Shown piece after piece: positions 51,581-64,000 of a stretch of 64,000 nucleotides of DNA. Position 1 is the first letter of the stretch, and each line of letters starts with the position of its first letter. The position numbers and the translations under genes are program-made. The notes under the pieces are model-generated. The model ran no database searches. It was given only the letters and a program-made list of their open reading frames with translations, and was not told the origin of the DNA. The stretch comes from Octopus vulgaris (Eukaryota): positions 39,308,001 through 39,372,000 of the forward strand of contig OX597828.1 in assembly GCA_951406725.2 (NCBI GenBank), read 5' to 3'.

Positions 51581-52077
51581 GCTCATAGGAGCTAATCAAT
51601 ATATATATATATATATATAAAACACTTTCCATCTACCAGTTTCACTCAGAAAACATTGGTTGACATAGGGTTACAGAAGAAAGTATTTGCCCAAGGTGCC
51701 AAGCAGTGCAATTGAACCCAGAACTATGTAGCTGCAAAGCAAACATCCAAACCATACGGCCATACCTACACCTATGTTTGCCTAAAACAAAAATGGCTGA
51801 AATTTACAAAGCTTAAGCCACTACCGATGTCAGAGTATTTGCCAAGGACTTACTAATTTTAATCCAAACATTTACTAATTTGAATCAAAACTAGTTCAAT
51901 ACAACTGTGTCAATGTGGACTTAACTAAACACATCAGTCGATATTTATTTCAAACAAAATGACAACTACTGGAGGGTTTTTGCTTGTTTTTTTTTTTATT
52001 CTGCTCTGTTTTTTTAGAGTGAGATTTAAAATGAGAAATTTATCAATGGCAGATGAAAATTTCACTTTAATGAAAAG

Positions 52078-52460
52078 GTGCAGGTGTGGATGTGTGGTAA
52101 GATGTTTGCTTCCCAACCACATGGTTCTGGGTTCATTCCCACTGTGCGGCAACTTAGGCAAGTGTCTTCTACTATAGTCCCTGTCTGACCAAAACCTTGT
52201 GAGTGGATTTTGGTAGAAAGAAACTAAAAATAACTCATTGTATATATATGTCTGCCTGTTTGTGTTTGTTCCCTTTCACCACTTGACAACTGGTACTGGT
52301 TTGTTTACATCCCTATGGTTTAGTAATTCAGCATAAGACACCAACAGAATAAGCACAAGGCTTAAAAAAACTAAGCACTGGAGTTAATTTGTTTGACTAT
52401 AACTCTTCAAGGTGGTGCCTTAGCATGGTTGCTGTCCAATGACTGAAATAAATGAAAGAT
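52078..52460 (+). mobile_element. SINE family B variant
   Basis: Head, core and tail homology. Confidence 0.8.
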
Positions 52461-52688
52461 ATAAGATTCTTCGCTATGAGATCTCTATATTTGTTATTTG
52501 AAAATACATAGTTTTCATTGACACATTTCTAATTGTTTGACCTATTTAGCAATGTTTTCTTTAATACTTAATTTTAAAGGAAGAGTGGAAGTAGCTAGAA
52601 AGGAGAACAACAGACCAGACACTCTAAAGTACTTGAGTACCTCACTTTAAATCACATTGGGGTTTATTTTTTTATTTATACATTTTGT

Positions 52689-53022
52689 GAAGGCGCATGG
52701 TTCAGTGGTTAGAGCGTCGAGCTTACGATTGTGTGGTTGTGAGTTTGAATCCCGGACCAGGCTGCGTGTTGTGTTCTTGAGCAAGACACTTTATTTCACG
52801 TTGCTCCAGTTCACTCAGCTGTAGAAATGAGTTGTGACATCACAGGTGCCAAAATGTATCGGCCTTTGCCTTTCCCTTGGATAACACTGGTGGCGTGGAG
52901 AGGGGAGGCCGGTATGCATGGGCGACTGCTGGTCTTCCATAAACAACTTTGCCTGGACTTGTACCTGGGAGGGCAACTTTCTAGGTGCAATCCCACAGTC
53001 AGTCATGACCAAAGAGGGTCTC
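52689..53022 (+). mobile_element. tRNA-derived SINE: C-like head, CORE-like centre, shared 3' domain
   Basis: A box tggttcagtgg, B box gtttgaatccc, core gttcttgagcaagacacttt, tail as 33035-33214. Confidence 0.85.
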
Positions 53023-53065
53023 AGTATACAGATGTATTAGTATAATGCTCGGGAAGTGAAAAAGT

Positions 53066-53101
53066 CTTTAACGTTTTAAGCCTACGCTCTTCCACAGAAA
53101 G
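53066..53101 (-). ncRNA. Minimal hammerhead-like motif, CUGUGGA core variant, in a Penelope-like terminal fragment
   Basis: Minus strand: cttt CTGTGGA a gagc gtag gctt AAAA cgtt aaag. Restoring one CpG (ttaaaa to tcgaaa) gives GAAA. Confidence 0.4.
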
Positions 53102-53180
53102 GAACACAGAAAGAAACAAGGAGAGAAAATAAAGAATGTGTAGTGGCTAGTGATCTATATATATATATATATATAAATAT

Positions 53181-53568
53181 ACTCTTTTACTCTCTCTTTT
53201 ACTTGTTTCCGTCATTTGACTGTGGCCATGCTGGAGCACCACCTTTAGTTGAGCAAATCAACCCCAAGACTTATTCTTTGTAAGCCTAGTACTTATTCTA
53301 TTGGCCAAACCGCCAAGTTACATAGACGTAGACACACCAGCATCGGTTGTCAAGCGATGTTGGAGGAACACACACAAACACACACATATATATATACATA
53401 TATACGACAGGCTTCTTTCAGTTTCCATCTACCAAATCCACTTACAAGGCTTTGGTTGGCCCGAGGCTATAGTAGAAGACACTTGCCCAAGGTGCCACTC
53501 AGTGGGACTGAACCCGGAACCATGTGGTTGGTAAGCAGGCTACATACCACACAGCCACTCCTGTGCCT
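53181..53568 (-). mobile_element. SINE family B
   Basis: Full length. Confidence 0.92.
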
Positions 53569-54476
53569 ATATATATAAACAGTAAGAACTTGGAAGTAAA
53601 AGTATTGACAAAAACAGCAATAATTTAGTAAAAGTCAAGAAGTAAGAGAATCCTCAAAACTAAATGTTCAAAATTTTAATTGATTTTCCAACAAGAAACA
53701 CATACACACACAAATAAAAATAATAATAATAATAATACCAGCAACAACAACAAAATCAAAATAAATTAAGTTGCAGTTCTTGATAATGATATAGTGCATG
53801 AAGCAGCGGTTTCAGTTTGGAGTCCTGGAGATTTTTCTCCAATAAATAGATTCTGTAATGAAGACATCAAAAGAAGCATTTTAAAATAGACACACACATA
53901 CTCTCATTTGATGAAACAATCATTAATGAAGTTGCTGTTCTTGTTGTTGTCATTGTTGTTATTGTGACTTAAGTTCATGGCAGAAATAAGTGATATTTGC
54001 TATGAGAAATGTGTCTAAGCCAAAACAACAACAGCAAAAAGGAAAAAAAAAAAGGAAACTAGAAAGAAAAAATACCATTTTACTCCAAAATTGAAACAAA
54101 ATGAAACAAAACAAAAACAAAACAAACTTCAAATTTCAATGAATGTCTTTCTAAAAGAATCGATTACCAGTTGTCTTAGAGAGAAAAGTCTGGAATTTAA
54201 CAGTTGGCAAATAAGAATTCTTAAAGTAACAATAAGATGGTGGAGGTGAGGTGGGGAACGAAAGAAAAATGAAACTCTGAAAACCACAGCAGAAAAGACT
54301 ACAGGAAGAATTTAGAATCGAAATAATGGTTATGTTACAGATTCTTCCTGTAAGTCTATGCAGGTGCACGAGGGGATTATGCATGTGCAGCAAGTATAAG
54401 TTTGTATGTTGCATGTTGAATAGGCATGCACATTGCATATGCATGTACGTGGGGAGTATGTAGACACGTGTATATG

Positions 54477-54535
<59 letters not shown>

Positions 54536-55361
54536 TTATGTGCAATGCAGAATGGGTCTTAACTTTTGTTAGACCATAAATAGATAAATTATGTTCATTT
54601 TTTTTTAAAGCCTAGCAAAACAATACGAGTATCTGTAATAGAGAGGAGAGAGAGAGGGTGAGAGAGAGACAGAAGGAGAGAGGTAGTGAAAGTAGAGAGA
54701 GTGAGATCGGATGAGAGGCAAAGTATGAGATCAAATGAAGGGGGAGAGAGGAGACTGCGAGATAAAGTGTGAGTGTCAGGCTGAACGATATATATATATA
54801 TAGTGTGTAAGACAATGTGTATGTGCAAGAGAGAGACTGAGTGAGAAAGAGAGACTGTGAGATAAAGTGGGAGTAGGAGACATAGTGTGAGGATGTGTGT
54901 GAATGAGAGAGAGAGTGCATATATAAGAAAATGTGTGTGAATGAGAGAGAGAGAGAGTGCATATATAAGAAAATGTGTGTGAGTGAGAGAGATTGAGTGA
55001 AAGATGATTGTGACTGAAGGAAATTATGACTATTTCATTCAGTCTTTCTTTCAGCCACTACATCTAGTGGTCTCTCATCATAGGTAGTGGTCAAGTGATT
55101 ATTTTAACTGAAGCAGCCTGTGAGGTCTGAGGCTTTAGTCTATCAATATGGTGTTTAGTTGATAAGAGATAAATCTCTGCTGGCTAAGATGCTCCTCAAC
55201 TGTAGGTAACATTTCCAGATGACAGCTAAAGTGGTGCACCAAGAAGCTATAAAACTGAAGATGTTTATAAAGACTGCTAAGTTTGCCTCCATCCATTGAT
55301 CCATTACAAAACCTGCAGACAGTTGAGGCTTCTGATTCCAAGAGGGTCTCTTCTTCATTAA

Positions 55362-55544
55362 CCCTTCTGATACCATCCTGCCTGAAACCGCCTCTGGCTC
55401 TGTAGTACAAATGTTTAGTTTTCAAAAGATCTTAGTCACAATTTATGTTCCTAACACTAGCTTAATGATAACTAAATTATTTTACTAAATTCTTTGTTAT
55501 ATTTAAAATTAAATTGAAAGAAACATAAAGCATCTCAACAGAAA
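55362..55544. mobile_element. TTAA-type MITE family 1, truncated
   Basis: ttaa|cccttctgatacc; reverse homologue of 3417-3638. Confidence 0.75.
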
Positions 55545-55990
55545 TCATCATCATCATCGTTTAACATCCGTTTTCCATGCTAGCATGGGTTGGACGGTTC
55601 GACCGGGGTCTGGGAAGCCAGGAGTTGCACCAGGCTCCAGTCTGATCTGGCAGTGTTTCTACAGATGGATGCCCTTCCTAATGCCAACCACTCTATGAGT
55701 GTAGAGGGTGCTTTTTACATGCCACCGGCACAGGGGCCAGAGTAGGCTGGCAACAGTCACGATCGGTTGATGCTTTTTACGTGCCACCGGCACGGAAGCC
55801 AGCCAAGGCGATACTGGCATTGGCCACATTCAGATGGTGCTTTTTTGTGCCACCAGCATGGGTATCACATCTACAATTGCATTTGATTTTTATTCTGATG
55901 TTGATGTACTTGACTCAATAGATCTCTTCAAGCACAGCAAGTCGCCCCTCAATCCAAAGTAAGCACCGCAGACCATCCTGCGATCCACTT
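55545..55990 (-). mobile_element. RTE LINE 3' UTR, longest family D copy
   Basis: The distal part (55880-55947) matches 44884-44950, directly downstream of the RTE ORF. Confidence 0.85.
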
Positions 55991-56703
55991 TGTAAAATGC
56001 ACTTATGCACTACCCATCAAACAACATGGCAAATTTAAGTAGCAATTCTATATTTACTTTTAATTTTGGATTCAAGGTCCACACTATGGCTCAAGAACTT
56101 CTCCAGTTGCCCTGACACAATAAAGCATTCAGTTCTTTTTCTTCAATTAAACACCAAACAATGAATGAGTTGATGCTAATGAAGGAGACTCTACAGGGTC
56201 ACTCAATCTGCTAGAAATAACAGGTAAATCACCTTCATATCAGATCCTACTTTCTTTTAAAAAGTGCTCACTGGATAATGTGCTCATGGGTTCTCCGTAC
56301 ACAGGATGCTCAAGGTAGGAATGTCTTTGATCAGAGGTTTGCCCAATAGAGTTGACTGGTAGTGGTGGTGTGGGGGTGGGAGGTTAAACTAATCTTTCTC
56401 TCCCAAGGAAACAATCATAAACAACCACTTCCTTTATTTCCTTCAGTTTCTCTACTTTCTCAGTGACCCCCCAGTACAGTTTTTATACACAGAGATCTAG
56501 GAGAGATACTCTAACTACAAAACGGAACCATACAGCTGTAAAGTGAACTTTTTAACCATACATCCATGTTTATAACTTGAAAGTTAAACAACACCTTCAT
56601 TCATTTGATCATTGTATGTCTACAGCAATATATCTGATCAATCTACATTAGGAAAATACCCAATTCCAGTCAGAACCTGATCATATGAATGAAGAATATA
56701 AAT

Positions 56704-57125
56704 AGGTGTAGGAGTGGCTGTGTGATAAGTAGCTTGCTTACCAACCACATGGTTCTGTATTCAGTCCCACTGCGTGGCACTTTGGGCAAGTGTCTTCTAC
56801 TATAGCCTCGGGCCGACCAAAGCCTTGTGAGTGGATTTGGTATACGGAAACTGAAAGAAGCCCATCGTATATATGTATATGTATATATATATATGTGTGT
56901 GTGTGTGTTTGTATGTCTGTGTTTGTCCCCCCAACATCACTTGACAACCAATGCTAGTGTGTTTACGTCCCCATAATTCAGCGGTTCGGCAAAAGAGATT
57001 GATAGAATAAGTAATAGGCTTACAAAGAATAAGTCCTGTGGACGATTTGCTTGACTAAAGGCAGTGCTCCAGCATGGCTGCAGTCAAATGACTGAAACAA
57101 GTAAAAGAGAAAGAGAGAAAAGAGT
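56704..57125 (+). mobile_element. SINE family B, full length
   Basis: Near-identical to 19457-19831. Confidence 0.93.
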
Positions 57126-60100
57126 AAACTACTCAACTGTAACTATAACAGAATACATTCACAGAAGACTGGAAATCCTGGTTCTACTCAAAGAGTAAGT
57201 AACAAGGTTCAGATCTTTTAGCAGCCAATGACACCAAAGATTTTACTTCCAACAAGATAATTCTAACATAACTAATTCTAAATCTCTAAACCTATCCATT
57301 TCTCATATTAACTTATCCTAACACTTCAGAATTAACCATTGTCAGTGCTCTTGTACTTAAAATGGTTTAGCATGTTATAAGAATTACTATTTAGAATCTG
57401 TAAAAGCCTTCATTATTGCTAGCAGCAGTAATGGAATTGATAAGCTTCCTTCTCTTCAGCTTGCATACAGATCATCACTAAAACTTCCCAATGTGTTCAA
57501 TCTGTTTAAAGTGGTAAACCTATGTTATTTCTGGCAAAAGCTAAAAGCAAATAAAAACATCAAAAACAACCAAGCAGAAAAACTACCTACTCTTAATTTT
57601 ACACCTTGTAAGTCACACAAGCCTTCGTCCTCTCTTTCCCAGACTATCTGGAAATCTGTGGTTTTTCTCTTAAAATTTACCAATGATACACTCATTATTT
57701 ACCAGTGAAGTTTAGTTTATTGTCTTCACATATGCATCTTCTTATGATGACTCATTCCAGTCAAACTACTACAATAAATACACCATTGATTGCATCCAAG
57801 AACTATTCACCGCTTCCTCGACATATACAAAAACACATACACACAAGCATGCATGCAATTACATACGCTCACTTGGTGACACATACCATGATGGAGTGTA
57901 GCTGACAAAACGTTGCTTGTGAAGTTGCTATCACACAAAGATAGATTTTTTCTTTTTTTTTTTTTTTCACAGTATAATGTTCATATCTTGATTTACCATT
58001 TCCAAACAGGAAGGAGAATGTGTAATGTTTATCGAGAAGTAAGTTCAAACAAGGAAAAAGACTGGGAGGAAAAAAGCCAAGCCGAACCTGTTTAGCAACC
58101 TCAGCAATGTTGAAACAATCAGGACTAAATCAAATGGAAAGGTAGTACATAGGTTTTACAAAATGCTCAGAGCACACGTGCACCCCACCCACCCACACAC
58201 ACTATAAGTAAAAATGATCAAATATCAACTGTAGTGGGATTTAGCCAAACATGCCAGGTGACAGAGTGTAATGTTTAAATCTGTAGTATGAATTTTTCTA
58301 ATTTCATTACAAGATGGTTTCCAATGTTCGATTTTTAATTGTTTTCCCTCCACTTATGAAGGCATTTAATTGAAGGAAAACATGTAGTTATGATAATGTT
58401 ATTGCATAGGCTTAAATCGGCTCTAATTGAGCATATGTATGATCAAGGACATTCCAGCCATGATCATCCTGTTTCTTTTTACATCTAGGACTATATTCTC
58501 TAATGAGTCCTTTTTGTTTAAGCTGGTAGGAGACTTGGTTACTATTTCTAGCAGATTGAGCAATCACATAAAGGCTACTTCACTGACTCACTTATGTCCA
58601 AGTTGATAGTGGTGGTGGTAGTGGTAGTAATGGTGATGAAGATGGAGGGTGTAGTGGTGATCATGGTGACAGTGGTGGTGATGGAGTCAGATTTTTCTCA
58701 CATCATGTCTACTATTTTAATAAAAGAGAAAAAAAAAGGTAAGGACAAGAACAAAGTAGATAGTGTAGTCCTAGATTCCCCTAAAAAGACAAGATACTCA
58801 TGACTAGAATACTTTTCATCAGAGGTCAGCTGAATCAGGGCTGGTCTAGCTCAAGCTGTAACACTGATCATTTTACAGAGGTTACAAGGGGCATTTTATC
58901 ATGCCACCAACACAAGAGAAATTTCCAAGTTCTCAGTAGCCCCAAAGGAATTCACTCATTTGTTACCTCCATTCATTCGTCAACCACTTTACAGAGTGTC
59001 CTACCCCTTTTCAGAATAGGTTAGTTAAGTACCAGATCATTTCAGCAGGTTACTTGTGATTGACCAGTATGTTACCCAATAGCATAATGGAATGGAAATG
59101 AGCCGAGAGAAATAGCCCAGAACGGCTAGTGGAATATTTTTGCATGAAAAGGACAAATGTGGGTATATTACATAACATACAAGATAAATTCTTGCTTGAT
59201 TGGAATTATATCTGCTTCCAGATATGGTAGATCAATGGCTTGGTGACAAGTGGTACCAACACCAAATGGCAAGTGGAGGAATTCTCCAAAATTGACACGC
59301 CATTAAAGAAATGACCATCTGAGTAAGTTACTAGTGTGATAAACAAATATACTAGCCAATAATTTAATAGAATAAGTTGACATCTTCATGCTACTCGCCT
59401 TCAAAATATTATTATTAATATCAATAAAAATCAATATCATTTATTACAAACTTTTTTTTTTTAGATGTATTGATCTCACAATAAAAATAATAATTTCCTG
59501 AATTGCAACAGAGGTTTTTTATAGCAACACTAGCCCCTCCCCCTATCTATCTATCTCTTCATCCCAACGTTTTATTGCTCATCTGTGAGTTAAAAATGGT
59601 ACTTTTTATATATTTTTTTAAGAAATAAAAGAGGATATTGGCTAGTAGGATGCAATGAAATGACAGTTGAGAGTTAAATTGATGATCTTTAAACAAAGAC
59701 TCTAGAAGATTCATTACAAGAACACTATGTCACTCAGGAATGATAGAAAACAATACATAAGAAATTTCCAATCAGTGATTTCAGATTGAATATATTATTT
59801 TCATAACTGAAAAATTGATCACAAATAAAAGAGAAAAATATTTCTTTCTTTGTATAGATGAAAAATTATTGTTATTCAAAATCATCTTTACAAACATATA
59901 TAAGAGATTTCTGCTTCTGTGTGTGTGTGTGTGTGAAACTAATAAATAAAATCTTTTATTGTATCTTGTCTTCTGTGAGTGGGAGAAGGAATGTATTTAG
60001 CAAAGATAGAAAATCCCAATAACAAAGACTAAATTATAAAACATTGAAGGAAATAATTACAATATATATTTATTTAAAATACAGTTATATGCATTATTTG

Positions 60101-61543
60101 TAAACATTATAAATTAAGTTATTGAAGCAATGCATACACCCACTGACGAATGCACACATTTGCATAAATATACACAAACACACACACACACATACACACA
60201 GAATGTAAATTGATAAAATAATATCGTTATTTTCCAGACAAAGTTTGAAAGAGATTGAAAGGAATTCCACATTTGATTTAACAAACATATTAAATAAAAT
60301 TATCAGACAATAAAGTTATTAAATGTAATTAATTTCTAAAACTAGCGAGTAATGCAATAGAAAGCCATTTAAATGTCTGTCTTCTCATTAACAATCCAGT
60401 AATTGCACTTCTTTGATATTCTATCTCACATCCGCTGTATTGCATGTCGCAAGTAATTAAACAAAGGATTTCAATACTGTTCGAGATAATAAGTTGAAAA
60501 ACAGATTAGCTACTTTATGGATTTTCACTAAACACTACTTCGAACCTACTTACTATAAAACTCCATCCATCTACACACGATTTGCTACGGTTGTATAGAA
60601 CAGTCAGACCAGAACAAAACAGAGGGTTGCACCACAGAGATGCATCTGATCACAGCTAACTTGAACAAGTTGTGTGAATTACAGAAAAATGACTGGATTA
60701 TGGTTGGCCCTGAACCTGAAAAACAAATGTTGTTCAAGTGAAATATAACTGAGACAAGAAGTAATGGATACATAAAGTGCAAATGTCATTCAGATAATAT
60801 TAATATACAGGAGTTTTAGAAAAATACACCATCATCATTTTTATGTCTGTTTTTTTTTTTTGGTTCCTTGTTGACATGAACCAGACAAGACTTCCCGAGG
60901 TAGTATTTAGTGGCCAAATGGCCTTCCCACTGCTGGCTCTTGTTTTCAACTAAAGTAGGCTAATCCACTAGTGTCTGCACACAGAACTACCAAGCTGTGT
61001 GATATCTATAAACATCACCACTGCCCGAGTGATGTCAATGCAAAGACGCACACATGTGCACAAGCAGGCACACACAATCACGCTTGAAAGTACACACACA
61101 CATATGCATTCAGGCTTACACACACAGGTGCGTATGCATATGCACACATACACACAGGTATATATGCAAATGCACACACACACACAAAGGGCTTTCAGTC
61201 TGTTAAATTTCACTTGCAAAGCAATGATCAACTTGAACCTACAGTAGAAGAAACTAGCCGAAAGAGCCATGCAGTGGGATCAAACCTGGCTCTGACGCAA
61301 ACTTCTTAACCAAGCAACAATTCCTGTATTTTTCTACACAACTTAAGATGATTTGCCAAGAGAGAAGACACAAACACAAACTAAGGCCAAGAAAATATTT
61401 AGAATTAATAACCATCCCTTCCCAGTCAAAGTACCTTTGTCTAGAAAATTACTTGGTACCCATACCAGTGCTGGTGTCATGAGAAAAGCACCCAGTACAC
61501 TCTATAAAGTGGTTGGCATTAAGAAGAGCATCCGGTTGTAGAT

Positions 61544-61817
61544 GGGCCCGGTTTCCTAGTTTCTGTGGTGTATATGTTCCCCCCAGCTAGATGGGACACC
61601 AGTCCATCGCAGTGTTACTCAAGAAACAGGAAGAGGGAGTGAGAGAAAATTGTGGCGAAAGAGTACAACAGGAGTCGCCACCACCCCCTGCCGGAGCCTC
61701 ATGGAGCTTTTAGGTGTTTTTGCTCAATAAACACACACAACGCCCAGTCTGGGAATCGAAACCGCGATCCTCCGCCCGCAAGTCCGCTGCTCTAACAACT
61801 GGGCCATTGCGCCTCCA
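61544..61817 (-). mobile_element. SINE family C
   Basis: Minus strand ggaggcgcaatggcccagttgttagagcagcggact..., body and ctgcgatggactgg domain as at 15401. Confidence 0.85.
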
Positions 61818-61834
61818 TGTTATTAATATTATTA

Positions 61835-61936
61835 TTGTTGTTGTTGTTGTTGTTAGTGTTCAGGTCACTGCTTGGAATCGAACTCGGAACCTTGGGGTTA
61901 GTAGCCTGCACTCTTAACCACTACGCCATATGCCCG
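61835..61936 (-). mobile_element. Very short tRNA-like SINE / tRNA retropseudogene with (AAC)n tail
   Basis: gggcatatggcgtagtggttaagagtgcaggctactaaccccaaggttccgagttcgattcc followed by aacaacaac; acceptor stem does not pair. Confidence 0.7.
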
Positions 61937-61948
61937 AAATTTCCCCAA

Positions 61949-61994
61949 GACACCTGAAGAAGGATGGAGGGTACATCAGCCGAAATGTTGTGTT
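61949..61994 (+). ncRNA. Minimal type I hammerhead ribozyme motif (Penelope-like)
   Basis: gacac CTGAAGA a ggatgg agggtaca tcagcc GAAA tgtt gtgtt: stem I gacac/gtgtt, helix II 5 of 6 pairs, helix III A(c>t)GT. Confidence 0.6.
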
Positions 61995-62214
61995 AACAAC
62001 AAACAAGGTGAGGACAAATATCCATCGAATGTGAATAATGTGAAGATGATTATGTTTGCATCTACAAATTGTCGTTTATATTTTCTCAAATCAATTGATT
62101 TAAATCTTTTGGGTCAATCAGCAGGTTTCAGCTGAAGGCATTAGTAATCTATCATTTGATGAGCATTTAGTAGATTACCAGTCTTATATTGTTTTAAGTA
62201 ATTGAGCCAGAGCC

Positions 62215-62590
62215 AGAAGTCTCCACTGCCACAGGCTTGACCATAAACCAGTCAGAAAGTGACCAATACTTTACCAGCTTAGGCTCCACTGCTCATCAAG
62301 CTAAAAGCATGGAAAAGTGGACACTGAAATAATGATGTATGTGTGTGTGTGTAGAAGTCTCCACTGCTACAGGCTTGACCATAAATCAGTCAGAGAGTGA
62401 CCAATACCTTACCAGCTCAGGTTCCACTGCTCATCAGGCTAAAAGCATGGAAAAGTGGACATTGAAATAATGATGTATGTGTGTGTGTGTGTGTGTGTGT
62501 AGAAGTCTCCACTGCTACAGGCTTGACCATAAACCAGTCAGAGAGTGACCAATACCTTACCCACTGCTCATTGAAACAATGTGTGTGTGT
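62215..62590 (+). repeat. Tandem repeat of about 138-148 bp, 2 full units plus 1 internally deleted unit
   Basis: agaagtctccactgc starts at 62215, 62353 and 62501; each unit ends in (GT)n. Confidence 0.92.
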
Positions 62591-64000
62591 ATGTGTATAC
62601 ACACACATATACATTCTACAATACATAATTTTTTGAGTTAGAAAATTATCTAACTCTAGTGATAATTTTCATGCTAACAGATTTTTTTTTAAATTGTACT
62701 TTTTTGATTTTTAAACTTGAATCAATGTATCAAGAGAGAATTACAAAAGTTAACAGTTTTACTAAAATTTTAAAAAAAAGAAAGAAAGAAAAACCTGCCA
62801 AAGACCACATCACAAAATCAGTCTGGTCTTGCTTTCATAAAAAAAAAAGATTGCCCTTAGTATGGCCCCACTTTAAACATTGGCAATGGAAAACATTAAA
62901 ATTTCATTCCTTTTAATTTCAATTTTTTATTTTACTTTTTTGTATTGTAATCTAAGAATTTTAAAAGAAACCAAGCAGTTTTAAGATATTTTAATTACTT
63001 AATTTTTAATCTTGCTATATTTTATGAACTAAACTGGAAGCTATAAACCATGTCTGGAGAAGAACTATTGCTTGTGGGTCAAAATTTAAGTGGATTACAA
63101 ACAACTTTATTAAAAACCAATAACTATATATTTTAGCTGAAAAGCTATCAGTCCAATAACAAATTGAACAGGGAAGGAATCTGAAATATCAATTACTTAA
63201 AAAAAGTAGCAAGAAGAATTTTTTTTTTTTTTTTTTTTCTTTGGCATTTCCTTTTTTTTTTTTTTTCAATTATCTTTTTTTTATCTACACAAACATAATA
63301 AAAATAGCTCCATCATTCAACTGCAAGGTCAGGGTTCAAATGAGTTGGAAATCCATCTTAGTTTTGCCATTTGTTACATAGCCAGCCAGTAAGGAAAAAG
63401 ATGATAGAGGTCACACATGGCAAGCAGTAGAGTCAAGACTACCAACCAGGTTTTTACTACTTGCAAGCCTCTCTCTCTCTCTCTCTCCCTCGCCAGACAT
63501 ATGTTCTGATCTACTAACATTACCTTCCCTGTAAACATAAAAAACATTAAGGAATGTACCCCTCTATGAATAAACCCCAGAACATGGTTAGTGAAGTAAA
63601 AAGAGAGACAAAAATAAAATAAAATAAAAATAAAAAAACTATTTATCTAGGATAGAATCATTTCTTTTTAACCTAGTGAATGAGGAGAAACTGGTTGTAA
63701 CGAAAAAAAGAAAACTTAAATAAGATAAAGAATAAGGAAAATTATGAATCTAAAACAAAAGTAAATTTTAAATACAATCAAATAAAAAAGAAAAAACGCT
63801 TAGATAATAAAATTAACTAAGAAAAGAAGATGGATAAAATATGTAAGATAAATAAAGGGTTAAATATTCTTGGTATGTACATATTTGGAAAACAAAGTAA
63901 ATATCAGTTTTAAGTCCCATGTATTAAGAACTGTCTGTTACAAGAAAAGTTTTAAAATCCTTTAATTAGCTAAATTTTCAGTTTCTAATTCATTTCAAAA

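Overview
This is AT-rich, microsatellite-dense metazoan DNA. The repeat families look like those of Octopus (coleoid cephalopod); this is recognition from memory, not a database result. No confident protein-coding gene, RNA gene or CRISPR array is present. Almost all listed ORFs are artefacts of (CA)n/(TA)n tracts or of repeats. The window is a dense, heavily nested transposon landscape. It contains several tRNA-derived SINE families (labelled A, A2, B, C and E here for convenience), 5'-truncated RTE and CR1-type LINE pieces, Tc1/mariner and pogo remnants, TTAA-flanked piggyBac-type MITEs and a hAT-type MITE. The most interesting hidden signal is a set of five hammerhead-ribozyme-like motifs in at least three architectures, typical of Penelope-like elements; one has a very long helix II. 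Other highlights are a near-perfect 61-bp-stem hairpin, two SINE insertions at the same homologous base of a host SINE, a 24-bp minisatellite with a coding-like substitution pattern, and a few low-confidence minus-strand exon candidates suggesting the window may be intronic.
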